64,000 bases of DNA from an uncultured Candidatus Saccharibacteria bacterium (GCA_964492195.1 CAZBJL010000004.1:3621-67620), one strand, 5' to 3'. Positions 9,272-19,412 are shown, counted from the first letter of the stretch. Program-made: numbers and translations. Notes: generated from the sequence alone by a model not told the origin.

Positions 9272-10055
9272 AAAACCAAAGAAAAATGTTTTGATAATTT
9301 CCATGAGTGTTGCACTGTTTGTGATCGCTCTTATTTTTGCACTGGAAATTTTTGCTGGTAAGCCTGTTGGGAAGTTTTCACTTGCTGTTGGTGGGCCGGT
9401 CGCTTCTGTATACACGGCAGTCGAACACAAACTTTCTTTTGTTGCTGCATTCTCGAGTTCAAAAGGCTCGCTCATCCGCGAAAATGATCGTCTCACGCAG
9501 GAACTCAACAACATGCAAGCTCAACTTTTGAGTTTTGAGAGTTTATATAAAGAACATCAAGAATTACTTTCTGCATATGGAAGGATGCCCGTGTTTAACC
9601 CTACCGTGCTGGGGAATGTTATCGCTAAGCCGCCGCAGTCTCCATACGACATTCTTGTCGTTGATGTGGGAAGTAAAGACGGTGTCGGCGTGGGCGCCCG
9701 CGTATATGGTCTCGGTGGCCAGCCGATCGGTCGGGTAAGTGAGAGTGCGAATGCAACTGCAAAACTTGTACTTTTTTCAAGTAATGGGGAACAGACGCAG
9801 GCTATCGTAGAACGCACGGGAGCTACGATTGTCATTGTTGGAACTGGCGGTGGAAATATGGAAGCAGAAGTTTCTCCGGATATTGATATTGTAAAAAATG
9901 ACAGAATAATTCTTCCGGAATTCAATGGTGCGATCGTGGCGCTTGTTGCAGAGATTGATTCACGAGAGACAAGTGCGTCAAAACGAGTGTTGTTTAATGC
10001 TCCAACAAATATTTTTAATCTCCGTTTCGTTGAGATCGAAAGACTTACAAAATAA
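9243..10055 (+). CDS. mreC: Rod shape-determining protein MreC
   Basis: N-terminal TM helix, coiled coil, beta domain with DVGSKDGV; follows mreB. Start may be 9249. Confidence 0.85.
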   Translation: MKMTYLQKSRKPKKNVLIISMSVALFVIALIFALEIFAGKPVGKFSLAVGGPVASVYTAVEHKLSFVAAFSSSKGSLIRENDRLTQELNNMQAQLLSFESLYKEHQELLSAYGRMPVFNPTVLGNVIAKPPQSPYDILVVDVGSKDGVGVGARVYGLGGQPIGRVSESANATAKLVLFSSNGEQTQAIVERTGATIVIVGTGGGNMEAEVSPDIDIVKNDRIILPEFNGAIVALVAEIDSRETSASKRVLFNAPTNIFNLRFVEIERLTK

Positions 10056-10057
10056 AA

Positions 10058-10324
10058 ATGAGCATTCTTTTTCGAATTGCAGCTGACATTGTAATATTCA
10101 TCTCGATTTTCACGACACCGTGGTGGTTTTCTGTACTTCTTATATGTATTGTTATTTTTTGGTTTGAGTTTTTCTACGAATCACTTCTGTTCAGTTTCTT
10201 TTTAGATGGTTTCCACGGCATTCCTGGAATGACATTTTTTGGCATCAATACTTTTTTTACGACGGTCATTGGTGTGGTATTTCTCGTCTCTATTTTCTTG
10301 AAAACGAGGCTTAAATTCTATTAG
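10058..10324 (+). CDS. Small hydrophobic protein in the mreD position (short MreD-like)
   Basis: 88 aa, about 3 TM helices, FLDGF motif, located between mreC and PBP2. Confidence 0.5.
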   Translation: MSILFRIAADIVIFISIFTTPWWFSVLLICIVIFWFEFFYESLLFSFFLDGFHGIPGMTFFGINTFFTTVIGVVFLVSIFLKTRLKFY

Positions 10325-10348
10325 TCATAAGTAAGGTAGAATCAAGGC

Positions 10349-12037
10349 ATGTTACGAAAGATTTCTCTCTATTTTAGACGGCGAAGAAAGATGGGTGAAA
10401 TAAACCCGGATGAAATTTTTATTGATTCAAGCAACCTTCCAGAATTCGATGTGCATCAGTTCGAAGGCCGACTTGAACAACCCATTACACGAAGGGCGAT
10501 TGTTCTTGTTTCGTTTTGTTTTGTGCTCGTTGCTGGAGTTTTTCTTTCTCGATTCTGGCTTTTGCAGATTCACAAAGGTGAAGCCTATGCAAAACAGAGT
10601 GAAATGAATCGACTTCGTAACACTGATATTTTTGCAAATCGGGGAGTTATTCTCGATCGAAATGGAATCGAACTCGCATCGAATGCGCTGTTTGAGGGTA
10701 CGTCTGACTTTGCACGTCGTGTCTATGCACCAATTCACGGCATTGCACACTTGATCGGCTATGTGAAATATCCAACAAAAGACAGCTCTGGTTTTTATTT
10801 TAGAACAAATTATGTGGGCGAAGACGGGCTCGAAAAAATATACGACGGTGTGTTGTCAGGAGAAAATGGCGTTCGAATTGTCGAAACTGATGCGCTGGGT
10901 AAAGTGCAGTCGCAAAGTGTTATTCGTCCTCCTGAAGATGGTAAAAGCGTGACGCTTACCATCGATTCTCGGCTCCAAGACAAAATTTACCGACTCATGG
11001 CATCAACGTCAGCGGATTACGGCTTTAGCGGTGGAACGGTAGCGATCATGAATGTTCATACAGGTGATCTTTTGTCCCTCGTAAGTTTTCCTGAATTTGA
11101 TTCAACAAAGCTTACCGAAGGTGACAGAGAGGCGATCAATGGATACCAAAATGATCCGAAAACCCCTTTTTTGAATCGTGCAGTTTCAGGACTTTTTACT
11201 CCTGGTTCGATTATAAAACCCATCGTTGCAATTGGTGCGCTGAACGAAAGAATCATTGATCCACAAAAGAAAATTTTAAGTACCGGCTCGATTTCAATTG
11301 CGAATCCATATTTTCCTGATAAGCCAAGTGTTTTTAAAGACTGGAAAGCGCACGGCTGGGTAGACATGCGACATGCAATCGCCGCGTCTTCTGACGTGTA
11401 TTTTTATGCTGTCGGCGGCGGCTTCGAAGATCAGCGCGGTCTTGGTATCGTAAATATTGAAAAATACATCAGGATGTTTGGGTTGGGAGAAAAAACGGGG
11501 ATTAATTTGTCTCACGAAAAAGAAGGAATCATTCCAAATCCAGAATGGAAAGAAGAAATGTTCGACGGTGACGTCTGGAGGCTCGGGGATACGTACAATA
11601 CCTCGATCGGTCAATATGGACTCCAGTTCACACCAATCCAGATCGTTCGCTATCTTGCTGCGATTGCCAATGAAGGAACATTACTCACACCAAGTCTCGT
11701 CCATGACGACGAAAACCCAACAAAGACAATTCCACTCAAAAAGGAGGATTTCGACATTATCCATGAAGGCATGAGGTTGGCGGTGCTCGAAGGGACGGCA
11801 AGCGGTGTGAACGTGCCGTATATCGATATTGCCGGAAAGACGGGAACTGCACAGATCGGTACCATAAAGCAGCTTGTGAATTCCTGGTCAGTTGGGTTCT
11901 TCCCATACGAAAACCCGACATATGCGTATGTTGTGCTTATGGAAAAAGGCGCCCAAAGTAACACCATTGGCGCGACATACGTCATGCGTCAGCTTCTTGA
12001 TTGGATGCATGTGAATACACCAGAATATTTGCAATAA
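10349..12037 (+). CDS. mrdA: Penicillin-binding protein 2 (class B transpeptidase)
   Basis: RGVILDRNG, PGSIIKP (SxxK), SSDVYFY and GKTGTAQ motifs. Confidence 0.9.
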   Translation: MLRKISLYFRRRRKMGEINPDEIFIDSSNLPEFDVHQFEGRLEQPITRRAIVLVSFCFVLVAGVFLSRFWLLQIHKGEAYAKQSEMNRLRNTDIFANRGVILDRNGIELASNALFEGTSDFARRVYAPIHGIAHLIGYVKYPTKDSSGFYFRTNYVGEDGLEKIYDGVLSGENGVRIVETDALGKVQSQSVIRPPEDGKSVTLTIDSRLQDKIYRLMASTSADYGFSGGTVAIMNVHTGDLLSLVSFPEFDSTKLTEGDREAINGYQNDPKTPFLNRAVSGLFTPGSIIKPIVAIGALNERIIDPQKKILSTGSISIANPYFPDKPSVFKDWKAHGWVDMRHAIAASSDVYFYAVGGGFEDQRGLGIVNIEKYIRMFGLGEKTGINLSHEKEGIIPNPEWKEEMFDGDVWRLGDTYNTSIGQYGLQFTPIQIVRYLAAIANEGTLLTPSLVHDDENPTKTIPLKKEDFDIIHEGMRLAVLEGTASGVNVPYIDIAGKTGTAQIGTIKQLVNSWSVGFFPYENPTYAYVVLMEKGAQSNTIGATYVMRQLLDWMHVNTPEYLQ

Positions 12038-12088
12038 ATGCCAGTTGATTATCCGGCTAACTAGTGTAGAATTGTATTCTCAAATCCC

Positions 12089-12553
12089 ATGAACGAATCC
12101 GAATATTTAACACAAGAAAAACATAACGAGCTTACAAAAGAGCTTGCTGTTCTTGTTCACACAAAACGCAAAGAAATCGCAGAACACCTCGAATACGCAA
12201 AGTCCTTAGGTGATCTTTCCGAAAATGCTGAATATCACGAAGCTCGCGACGCCCAGGCAAATATCGAGGATCGTATTGCAAAGATCGAAATGATCCTCAA
12301 ATCAGCTGTCATTATGCCTTCTACTCATGACACAAGCGTTATCACGATCGGTTCAGTTGTTACGGTTCAAAAGGAGGGTGGTGAATCCAAAACGTACACT
12401 CTCGTTGGTTCAGAGGAATCTGACATGAAAGCAGGTAAACTTTCTATCAAATCTCCACTTGGTCTCAAGCTTGTTGGTAAAAAGAGTAAAGATTCCTTCA
12501 CGGTGCATGCTCCGAGCGGAGTTATTAACTATAAAGTTCTCGATATCAAATAG
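12089..12553 (+). CDS. greA: Transcription elongation factor GreA
   Basis: GDLSENAEYH and SPLG motifs. Confidence 0.96.
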   Translation: MNESEYLTQEKHNELTKELAVLVHTKRKEIAEHLEYAKSLGDLSENAEYHEARDAQANIEDRIAKIEMILKSAVIMPSTHDTSVITIGSVVTVQKEGGESKTYTLVGSEESDMKAGKLSIKSPLGLKLVGKKSKDSFTVHAPSGVINYKVLDIK

Positions 12554-12561
12554 AGACTCAT

Positions 12562-14034
12562 ATGTCATCAATTGACGATATTCGACAGGGACGGTTGGCT
12601 AAACTCAAACTGTTGAGTGAAAAGGGTATTGAAGCATTTCCTGTTGTTTCAAATCAGGATTTTACGAATGCAGAAGCGGCTGAAAATTTCGCTACCCTTG
12701 TAACAGCCCAAAAGCCCGCAACGCTCGTTGGTCGGGTGCTTTCTCTTCGTCCGCAGGGTGCGATTGTCTTTTTTACGTTTGATGACGGTACAGGAAGCTT
12801 TCAAGGTTTTATAAAAAAGGATGAAGGAATGGCTGCAGCGGATTTTGATTTGTGGAGCGATGTTGTCGACGTGGGTGATTTTGTAGAAGTAACGGGTACG
12901 TTTTTTGAAACAAAAAGAGGGGAGAAGACTCTCAATGTTTCTACCTGGAAAATGCTTTCAAAAAGCTTGCGCCCCTTGCCAGAAAAGTGGCACGGTCTCC
13001 AGGATGTTGAAGAACGATTCCGTAAACGCTATTTGGACGTTATTTCTTCTTCTGAAGTTAAAAATCGTTTTATTGTTCGATCAAAATTAATTTCTGAAAT
13101 CAGAAAGTTTTTGGATAAAGAAAATTTCCTCGAAGTTGAAACGCCTGTCCTTCAAGCAATCGCCGGCGGTGCAAGTGCGCTACCTTTCGTAACACATCAC
13201 AATGCACTCGACATCGATATGTATCTGCGCATTGCGCCAGAATTATATTTGAAGGAACTCCTCGTTGCTGGTTTTCCAAAGGTCTACGAAATCGGAAGAC
13301 AGTTTAGAAATGAAGGAATTGATGTGACCCATAATCCAGAATTCACAACGGTTGAGTTTTACGAAAGTTATGCAGAAGCAAAAAAGCATCGCGTTTTTGT
13401 AGAAAAATTATTGCGCTCTGTTGTTAAAAAAGTTATGGGTGCAGAAGTTGTTACGTTCGACGGCAATCAGATCGATTTCTCTAAAAAATTCCAAGTCATT
13501 ACGTTTTACGAATTGCTTACACGCTTTGCTCTTATTCCAAATCCAGAAAATATTTCTTTTGAAGAATTGAAACTTAAAGCCGAACAACTTGGAGTAAGAG
13601 TTGAGAAAGGGGATTTGACTCACAAAATTTTAGACAACATTTACAAAAAAACCTGTCGTCCAAAATTAATTCAGCCAACATTTATTATTGATTACCCGAC
13701 AATCTTTTCTCCACTCGCAAAACACAAACAGGGTACGAAAGAATATATTGACCGCTTCCAACTTATTATCGGTGGCTATGAACTCCTTAGTGCATTTTCA
13801 GAGTTGAATGACCCTCTCGAACAACGCGGACGTTTTGAGCTTCAGGAAAAAAACCGCACCGAAGGTGACGCAGAAGCTCAACTTCTCGACGAAGAATATG
13901 TTGAAGCGATGGAATATGGCATGCCTCCAGCAGGTGGCGTTGGTATGAGTATTGATCGACTTTGCATGGTGTTAACTGACACAAAAAATATTCGCGAAGT
14001 TATTTTATTTCCAACACTTCGTCCACGAAAATAA
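12562..14034 (+). CDS. lysS: Lysine--tRNA ligase (class II)
   Basis: RPLPEKWHGL, YLRIAPELYLK, FRNEG, HNPEFT and YGMPPAGG motifs. Confidence 0.97.
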   Translation: MSSIDDIRQGRLAKLKLLSEKGIEAFPVVSNQDFTNAEAAENFATLVTAQKPATLVGRVLSLRPQGAIVFFTFDDGTGSFQGFIKKDEGMAAADFDLWSDVVDVGDFVEVTGTFFETKRGEKTLNVSTWKMLSKSLRPLPEKWHGLQDVEERFRKRYLDVISSSEVKNRFIVRSKLISEIRKFLDKENFLEVETPVLQAIAGGASALPFVTHHNALDIDMYLRIAPELYLKELLVAGFPKVYEIGRQFRNEGIDVTHNPEFTTVEFYESYAEAKKHRVFVEKLLRSVVKKVMGAEVVTFDGNQIDFSKKFQVITFYELLTRFALIPNPENISFEELKLKAEQLGVRVEKGDLTHKILDNIYKKTCRPKLIQPTFIIDYPTIFSPLAKHKQGTKEYIDRFQLIIGGYELLSAFSELNDPLEQRGRFELQEKNRTEGDAEAQLLDEEYVEAMEYGMPPAGGVGMSIDRLCMVLTDTKNIREVILFPTLRPRK

Positions 14035-14081
14035 TATAAGAGCCTGAAACGTTTTATTTTAAAAACGTTTGATGCTTTCGC

Positions 14082-14111
14082 AAAAAGAGCCTTATTGTTG
14101 GCTCTTTTTTT
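14082..14111 (+). terminator. Intrinsic terminator after lysS
   Basis: AAAAAGAGCC-TTATTGTT-GGCTCTTTTTTT. Confidence 0.8.
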
Positions 14112-14151
14112 GTTGTTTTTATTTTTAAAATATGGGGATAAGAATGTATGA

Positions 14152-14199
14152 TAGTGGTAATGGGTGTTATATACTGTTATCTAAGTGGGAACAAGTGGT
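14152..14199 (+). promoter_or_regulatory. MraZ-box-like GTGG direct repeats and -10 box upstream of mraZ
   Basis: AAGTGG repeated at 10-bp spacing (14183, 14193), further GTGG at 14154, TATACT at 14170-14175. Matches known MraZ autoregulatory repeats. Confidence 0.65.
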
Positions 14200-14216
14200 A
14201 ATTCTAAATTGAACTA

Positions 14217-14651
14217 ATGTTAATCGGAGAGTACACGCATACTATTGATGAAAAGAATCGTGTCTCTCTTCCAGTTAAGTTTCGTAAGGAAGTTGGTAAA
14301 AAAGTTGTCATCACACACGGTCTCGACAACTGTATCTTTCTTTACGCGATGAATGAATGGATGCAGGTCGCAGATAAATTAGGAGGTTTGGGAATTGGCC
14401 AATCTGATACGCGAGGCTTTAATCGTTTTATGCTCGCAGGTGCAGTTGAAGTTGAAGTTGATTCTATCGGTCGAATTTTGATCCCAGATTTTCTCAAGAA
14501 GTTTGCGGACCTTGCGGAAAAAGTAATTTTCACGGGCGTCCATAACAGAGTAGAAATTTGGAACAGCGATCGTTGGAATGAATACAAGAAGAAGATTGAG
14601 AAGCAGGCCGACAAGCTTGCAGAAAAGTTGGGAGAAATTGGTGCTCTGTAA
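14217..14651 (+). CDS. mraZ: Transcriptional regulator MraZ
   Basis: GEYTHTIDEKNR, DSIGRILIP and RVEIW motifs. Confidence 0.96.
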   Translation: MLIGEYTHTIDEKNRVSLPVKFRKEVGKKVVITHGLDNCIFLYAMNEWMQVADKLGGLGIGQSDTRGFNRFMLAGAVEVEVDSIGRILIPDFLKKFADLAEKVIFTGVHNRVEIWNSDRWNEYKKKIEKQADKLAEKLGEIGAL

Positions 14652-14661
14652 TATCTAGGTC

Positions 14662-15552
14662 ATGTCTCACACAAGCGTCCTTTTACATGAATCAATTGAC
14701 GGTCTCGACATCCATGATGGTGATGTGTTTGTTGATGGAACGTTGGGTGACGGTGGACACACTGCCGAAGCACTTGCACGTTTCAAAAATAAAATCACAG
14801 TCGTTGGAATTGATCGAGATCAGGAATCAATTGATCGAGTCAGTAAAAAACTTGAGAACGAGTCAGATAAAATTTTCTTGAAACAGGGAAATTTTCGAAA
14901 CGTTGATTCGATCCTTGCGTCTCTCGGTTTTCAAAACGCTCACAGATTTCTTTTTGATATCGGCATGAGCTCACGACAAATCGAAGAGTCGGGTAGGGGA
15001 TTCAGTTTTAAAAAAGATGAACCGCTCGTGATGACTTTTGAAAAAGACCAAACTGGTTTGATCACTGCTCGCGATGTCGTCAATGAATGGGAAGAAGAAA
15101 ATCTAACCCAAATCATTCGAGGCTTCGGTGAAGAACGGTTTGCTTCGCGAATTGCGCGAGGAATCGTTGAAGCGAGAAAAAGCAAACCAATCGACACAAC
15201 GGGGGATTTGGTGGAGATCATCATGAAGTTCACACCGTTTTATTACCACCACGGAAAGATCCACCCCGCCACTCGAACGTTCCAGGCGATACGAATCGCA
15301 GTGAACGACGAGCTCGAAGCGATCAGAGACGGACTTAAGGCAGCATGGAAGGTTCTCTCGCCCAAGGGTCGGATCGCGGTGATCTCCTTCCATAGTCTCG
15401 AGGATCGCATCGTCAAACACTATTTTAATGAATTAAAAAACGCAGAACTTGCAACGGCCATCACAAAGAAACCTCTTACCGCAAGCGAAGCCGAAATTGA
15501 ATCGAATCCAAGGTCACGAAGTGCAAAATTAAGAATTATTGAAAAAAAATAA
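14662..15552 (+). CDS. rsmH: 16S rRNA C1402 N4-methyltransferase
   Basis: HTSVLL, DGTLGDGGH, HPATRTFQAIRI, ISFHSLEDR and NPRSRSAKLR motifs. Confidence 0.97.
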   Translation: MSHTSVLLHESIDGLDIHDGDVFVDGTLGDGGHTAEALARFKNKITVVGIDRDQESIDRVSKKLENESDKIFLKQGNFRNVDSILASLGFQNAHRFLFDIGMSSRQIEESGRGFSFKKDEPLVMTFEKDQTGLITARDVVNEWEEENLTQIIRGFGEERFASRIARGIVEARKSKPIDTTGDLVEIIMKFTPFYYHHGKIHPATRTFQAIRIAVNDELEAIRDGLKAAWKVLSPKGRIAVISFHSLEDRIVKHYFNELKNAELATAITKKPLTASEAEIESNPRSRSAKLRIIEKK

Positions 15553-15553
15553 C

Positions 15554-15877
15554 ATGTCTATCAGATCAAAAGTAAGTGCTCACATAACTGGAAGCGGCGT
15601 ATTTTGGCCTCTCGTTGGTCTTATCGTCTTTGTTGCAGTGTTCTACATCTATTCCGTCAACAAAACGGTTATTTTGGTGGCGCAGCGAAATCACATCGAA
15701 TCAAACATCTCTGACGTTCGGGCACAGATCACAAATCTTGAATCTTCTCGTATCGGTGCAATGGATGACATTACCCTTGAACTCGCACAGTCTATGGGCT
15801 ACGAAGAGGCAACACACGTTGTGTACATTCCTCAAAAAGCAGTGAGCGTTTTGAGCAAAGCTGATACAATTCAATAG
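15554..15877 (+). CDS. FtsL-like septal protein
   Basis: TM helix plus coiled coil plus A-x-x-MGY tail, in the canonical position between rsmH and ftsI. Confidence 0.65.
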   Translation: MSIRSKVSAHITGSGVFWPLVGLIVFVAVFYIYSVNKTVILVAQRNHIESNISDVRAQITNLESSRIGAMDDITLELAQSMGYEEATHVVYIPQKAVSVLSKADTIQ

Positions 15878-15880
15878 ATA

Positions 15881-17593
15881 ATGTCTCGGTCGCAGGTTAT
15901 GAGAGGAAGAGTCAGATTGGCTTTCATTTTGATTGCGTGTATTGCACTTGTGATTATCTATCGTTTGTACAATATTCAGATAGTCTCTGGTGAAAAATTC
16001 ACAATCAAGGCAGATCGACAATATTTAACTCCAAATTCGTCGCTTCTCAATAGAGGTACGATTTATTTTACGTCTAAAGACGGTGACAGGGTGACCGGTG
16101 CGTATCAGCAAACAGGCAACATTGTCGTTATTAATCCGCGTATCATTACTGATCCCAACGCTATTTACGAAAGGATCAATGCATCAGTGCCTATCAATAA
16201 AGATGATTTTTTAAAAAAAGCAGAAAAGAAAACTGATTCTTACGAAGAGATTACTAAAAAGGTGGATTTAGATATTGGTACGAAAATCTCTACTCCCGCA
16301 ATCGAGGGTTTGCAGGTGTTTAAACAAAAGTGGCGATCGTATCCGTCGGGCAAACTTGCGTCAAGCGTTCTTGGACTTATGGCATACAAAGGCGACGTAC
16401 TCGAAGGTCAGTATGGGCTTGAGTATCAATATGAAAAAACCCTTCGTCGGGAAAATGAATCCTCGTACGCGAACTTTTTTGTAGAAATGTTTTCTAATCT
16501 TAAAAGTACATTTTCTGATAGTGAAAAATCAGAAGGCGACATTGTGACAACGATTGAGCCAAGCGTCGAAGCCTACCTTGAGCGTGTACTCGAAAAAGTG
16601 AATGAAAAATGGAGTTCGGATTATACTGGCGGCATCATTATGAATCCAGCAACGGGGGAAATTCTAGCAATGGGTTTGGCGCCATCTTTTGATCCAAACA
16701 ATTTTAGTGCAGAAAATGATCCAAAGATTTTTTCCAATAGACTTGTGGAAGATGTATACGAAATGGGTTCGATCATAAAGCCGCTTACAATGGCTTCGGG
16801 TATTGATACGGGAATTATTACTGCAAAAACAACATACAACGATGCAGGATTTCTTGTTTTGAACAATAAAAAGATTTCAAATTATGACGGTAAGGGTCGC
16901 GGAGTTGTCGATATGCAGCAAGTGTTAAGTCAGTCGCTCAATACAGGTGTCGCATTCATCGTCCAAAAAATTGGCAAGGATGTGTCGTCAAAGTATTTAC
17001 GAAGCTTTGGGATTGATAAAAAAACAGGAATTGATTTGCCTTTCGAAGCGGCACCGCTCGTATCTAATTTGAATAGTCCGCGCGACATTGAACACGCTAC
17101 TGCGTCGTATGGTCAGGGAATTGCCATGACACCGATTAATACCGTTCGAGCGCTTTCTGTGCTCGCAAATGGCGGCAAGCTCATCTGGCCGCATGTTGTT
17201 TCGAGAATTGATTACACGTCTGGATTTTCAAAGAAAACGGAACTGCCTGCGCCCGAACAAGTCCTTAAACCCGAAACGGCAACAGAAGTCACGCGAATGC
17301 TTGTGAGAGTTGTCGATGAGGCACTTCTCGGTGGTACGGTCAAAATGGATCGCTACAGCATTGCGGCGAAAACTGGTACTGCCCAGATTTCTGACACAAA
17401 AAAAGGCTACTATGAAGATCGCTACCTCCATTCTTTCTTTGGCTATTTCCCTGCATACAATCCAAAATTTATCATTTTCCTTTACACGTATTATCCAAAA
17501 GAGGTTAAGTACGCGTCAGAAACGCTCACACTTTCATTTATGGATATGACCAAATATCTGATAAATTATTATGATATCCCACCGGACAGATAG
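15881..17593 (+). CDS. ftsI: Division class B PBP (FtsI/PBP3-like)
   Basis: RGTIY, EMGSIIKP, SLNTG and AKTGTAQ motifs; dcw position. Confidence 0.85.
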   Translation: MSRSQVMRGRVRLAFILIACIALVIIYRLYNIQIVSGEKFTIKADRQYLTPNSSLLNRGTIYFTSKDGDRVTGAYQQTGNIVVINPRIITDPNAIYERINASVPINKDDFLKKAEKKTDSYEEITKKVDLDIGTKISTPAIEGLQVFKQKWRSYPSGKLASSVLGLMAYKGDVLEGQYGLEYQYEKTLRRENESSYANFFVEMFSNLKSTFSDSEKSEGDIVTTIEPSVEAYLERVLEKVNEKWSSDYTGGIIMNPATGEILAMGLAPSFDPNNFSAENDPKIFSNRLVEDVYEMGSIIKPLTMASGIDTGIITAKTTYNDAGFLVLNNKKISNYDGKGRGVVDMQQVLSQSLNTGVAFIVQKIGKDVSSKYLRSFGIDKKTGIDLPFEAAPLVSNLNSPRDIEHATASYGQGIAMTPINTVRALSVLANGGKLIWPHVVSRIDYTSGFSKKTELPAPEQVLKPETATEVTRMLVRVVDEALLGGTVKMDRYSIAAKTGTAQISDTKKGYYEDRYLHSFFGYFPAYNPKFIIFLYTYYPKEVKYASETLTLSFMDMTKYLINYYDIPPDR

Positions 17594-17621
17594 TGAGGTA
17601 TTATTGTGACAGCAGACCTGT

Positions 17622-18917
17622 ATGAAACAGATTTTTAAAAAAGTAATCGTTACACTTTTACTCGTTGAGGCAAAGTTGGTGCTCAAAAAATATAAGCCAA
17701 AAATTGTCGCTATTACTGGTAGTGTCGGTAAGACAACGACTAAAGACGCTATCTATAGTGTTCTTTCAACGTCGTTTTTCGTACGAAAGAGCAGTAAGAG
17801 TTTTAATAGTGAAATTGGTGTACCCCTCACGATTCTCGGCCAGCCAAATGCCTGGAATGACCCATATTTATGGTTTAAGAACTTTATTGATGGAATTAAT
17901 CTCATTATTTTTCCTCACAAGTATCCAGAATGGCTTGTGCTTGAAGTTGGTGCGGATAGGCCAGGGGATATTCGTTCTGTCGCACGATGGCTCAATGCTG
18001 ACGTAGCGGTGATAACTCGGTTGAGTGATGTGCCGGTGCATATTGAATTTTTTGATTCTGCAGAGCAAGTGCGGCATGAAAAATCTCAACTAGTCATTGC
18101 GTCCCATAAAGCAAGTACTGTCGTTTTGAACGCGGACGATGTCCTCGTGTCTTCGATGCGACCGCTCGCAAAAGGCAAAGTTCTTACGTACGGCACAGCG
18201 AAACATACCGATGTGTCAGGTTCTGATTTTGATTTTGTGTATGACCATGTAACGTCTTTCCCGACCGGCATTCATTTCAACGTGCATGTCTCTGGAGATG
18301 TTTTTCCTGTAGTAATTGAAGGAGCGATTGGCCGACAGCAAATGTATACCGCACTTGCAGCACTCGCGGTTGCCAAGTCTTTAAAAATCGATATGCAAAA
18401 AGCTGTGCAGTCTTTGCACACACATGTTGCGCCTCCTGGCCGCATGAAAATTATTGCAGGTATGAATTCCACCTGCATTATCGACGATACGTACAATTCT
18501 TCTCCAGTTGCGGTTTCAGAGGCTCTCGATACGTTAAAAGAAATTAAGGCTTCAGGAAGAAAAATTGTGGTACTTGGAGACATGCTCGAACTTGGCTCTC
18601 ATTCAAAAAAAGAACACGAAAAGGTGGGGGTAAAATCGGCACAGATTGCAGATGTGATCTATACCGTCGGCACCCGTTCGAGAAATACATTTGATGCTGC
18701 GATCGCAGCAGGTTTTCCAAAAGAGAATATTTTTGAATTCGATGATTCAGTTGAAGCAGGGACAAGATTGCGTGAAGACAGTAAACCAGGTGACATTGTC
18801 TTGATTAAGGGTTCGCAAGGCAAACGAATGGAAAAGGCGACTGCAATGCTTCTTGCGGAACCTGAAAGAGCAAAAGAGCTTTTGGTTCGACAGGAAAAAG
18901 AGTGGGAGGAAAGGTAG
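17622..18917 (+). CDS. murF: UDP-MurNAc-tripeptide--D-Ala-D-Ala ligase
   Basis: ITGSVGKTTTK, NSEIGVPLT, IIDDTYNSSP, LGDMLELG and LIKGSQ motifs. Confidence 0.92.
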   Translation: MKQIFKKVIVTLLLVEAKLVLKKYKPKIVAITGSVGKTTTKDAIYSVLSTSFFVRKSSKSFNSEIGVPLTILGQPNAWNDPYLWFKNFIDGINLIIFPHKYPEWLVLEVGADRPGDIRSVARWLNADVAVITRLSDVPVHIEFFDSAEQVRHEKSQLVIASHKASTVVLNADDVLVSSMRPLAKGKVLTYGTAKHTDVSGSDFDFVYDHVTSFPTGIHFNVHVSGDVFPVVIEGAIGRQQMYTALAALAVAKSLKIDMQKAVQSLHTHVAPPGRMKIIAGMNSTCIIDDTYNSSPVAVSEALDTLKEIKASGRKIVVLGDMLELGSHSKKEHEKVGVKSAQIADVIYTVGTRSRNTFDAAIAAGFPKENIFEFDDSVEAGTRLREDSKPGDIVLIKGSQGKRMEKATAMLLAEPERAKELLVRQEKEWEER

Positions 18918-18986
18918 AAACGTGAGCCCCTTGAAGATTTGTAAATGAGTGAATTTCGTTGTAAGTTACGTGGGATAGTTTGTAAT

Positions 18987-19058
18987 GGCCCTATCGTCTA
19001 ATGGTTAGGACGGAAGCTTCTCAAGCTTCAAATCCGGGTTCGATTCCCGGTAGGGTCA
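18987..19058 (+). tRNA. tRNA-Glu (anticodon CTC), CCA not encoded
   Basis: Acceptor stem GGCCCTA/TAGGGTC plus A; anticodon arm GAAGC-TTCTCAA-GCTTC; T arm CCGGG-TTCGATT-CCCGG. Confidence 0.95.
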
Positions 19059-19069
19059 TAAATAATAAA

Positions 19070-19096
19070 AAAGAAGCGGACGTATCCGCTTCTTGA
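19070..19096. terminator. Probable bidirectional terminator between the tRNA and the orphan gene
   Basis: AAGAAGCGGA-CGTA-TCCGCTTCTT with an A-run on the left. Confidence 0.75.
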
Positions 19097-19100
19097 TTGG

Positions 19101-19412
19101 TTAAAGTTTCCACTTCGGGAAAAGGAATTCGCAAAAAGGTGCTGGAGGCGTTGGGGAGCGTGGGAAGATGGACCCTGCTCGGCGTAGAGCGGCAGTTTTC
19201 TTCCCACCAAATGAGCCGAGAATTTTGCCCATTGCCTGGAGGCGTTCCCGAGTTACTTCGAGACCTGCAGTTTTGAGTGCACGAGCAAAGTAGTCTTTCA
19301 TTGGCTTCGACTTCTGACTTCTGTTTAGATCTGTTCGTCGAAGTTGTGCGGCACGAAAGGCAAGTTCACGGATTTCTGGACTGACCCAGTTCTGATCGTT
19401 TGTAACAACCAT
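19101..19412 (-). CDS. Hypothetical basic protein (orphan, SD-led)
   Basis: 103-aa ORF with AAAGGAG upstream of the ATG and a TTGCAC..TATAAA promoter-like element; contains GKILGSFGGKKTAA. Confidence 0.6.
   Translation of the reverse strand: MVVTNDQNWVSPEIRELAFRAAQLRRTDLNRSQKSKPMKDYFARALKTAGLEVTRERLQAMGKILGSFGGKKTAALRRAGSIFPRSPTPPAPFCEFLFPKWKL

Noticed and set aside
14047-14070. Inverted repeat AAACGTTTT...AAAACGTTT after lysS
   Set aside because: AT-rich and weak, next to a better terminator, with no evidence for a separate function.
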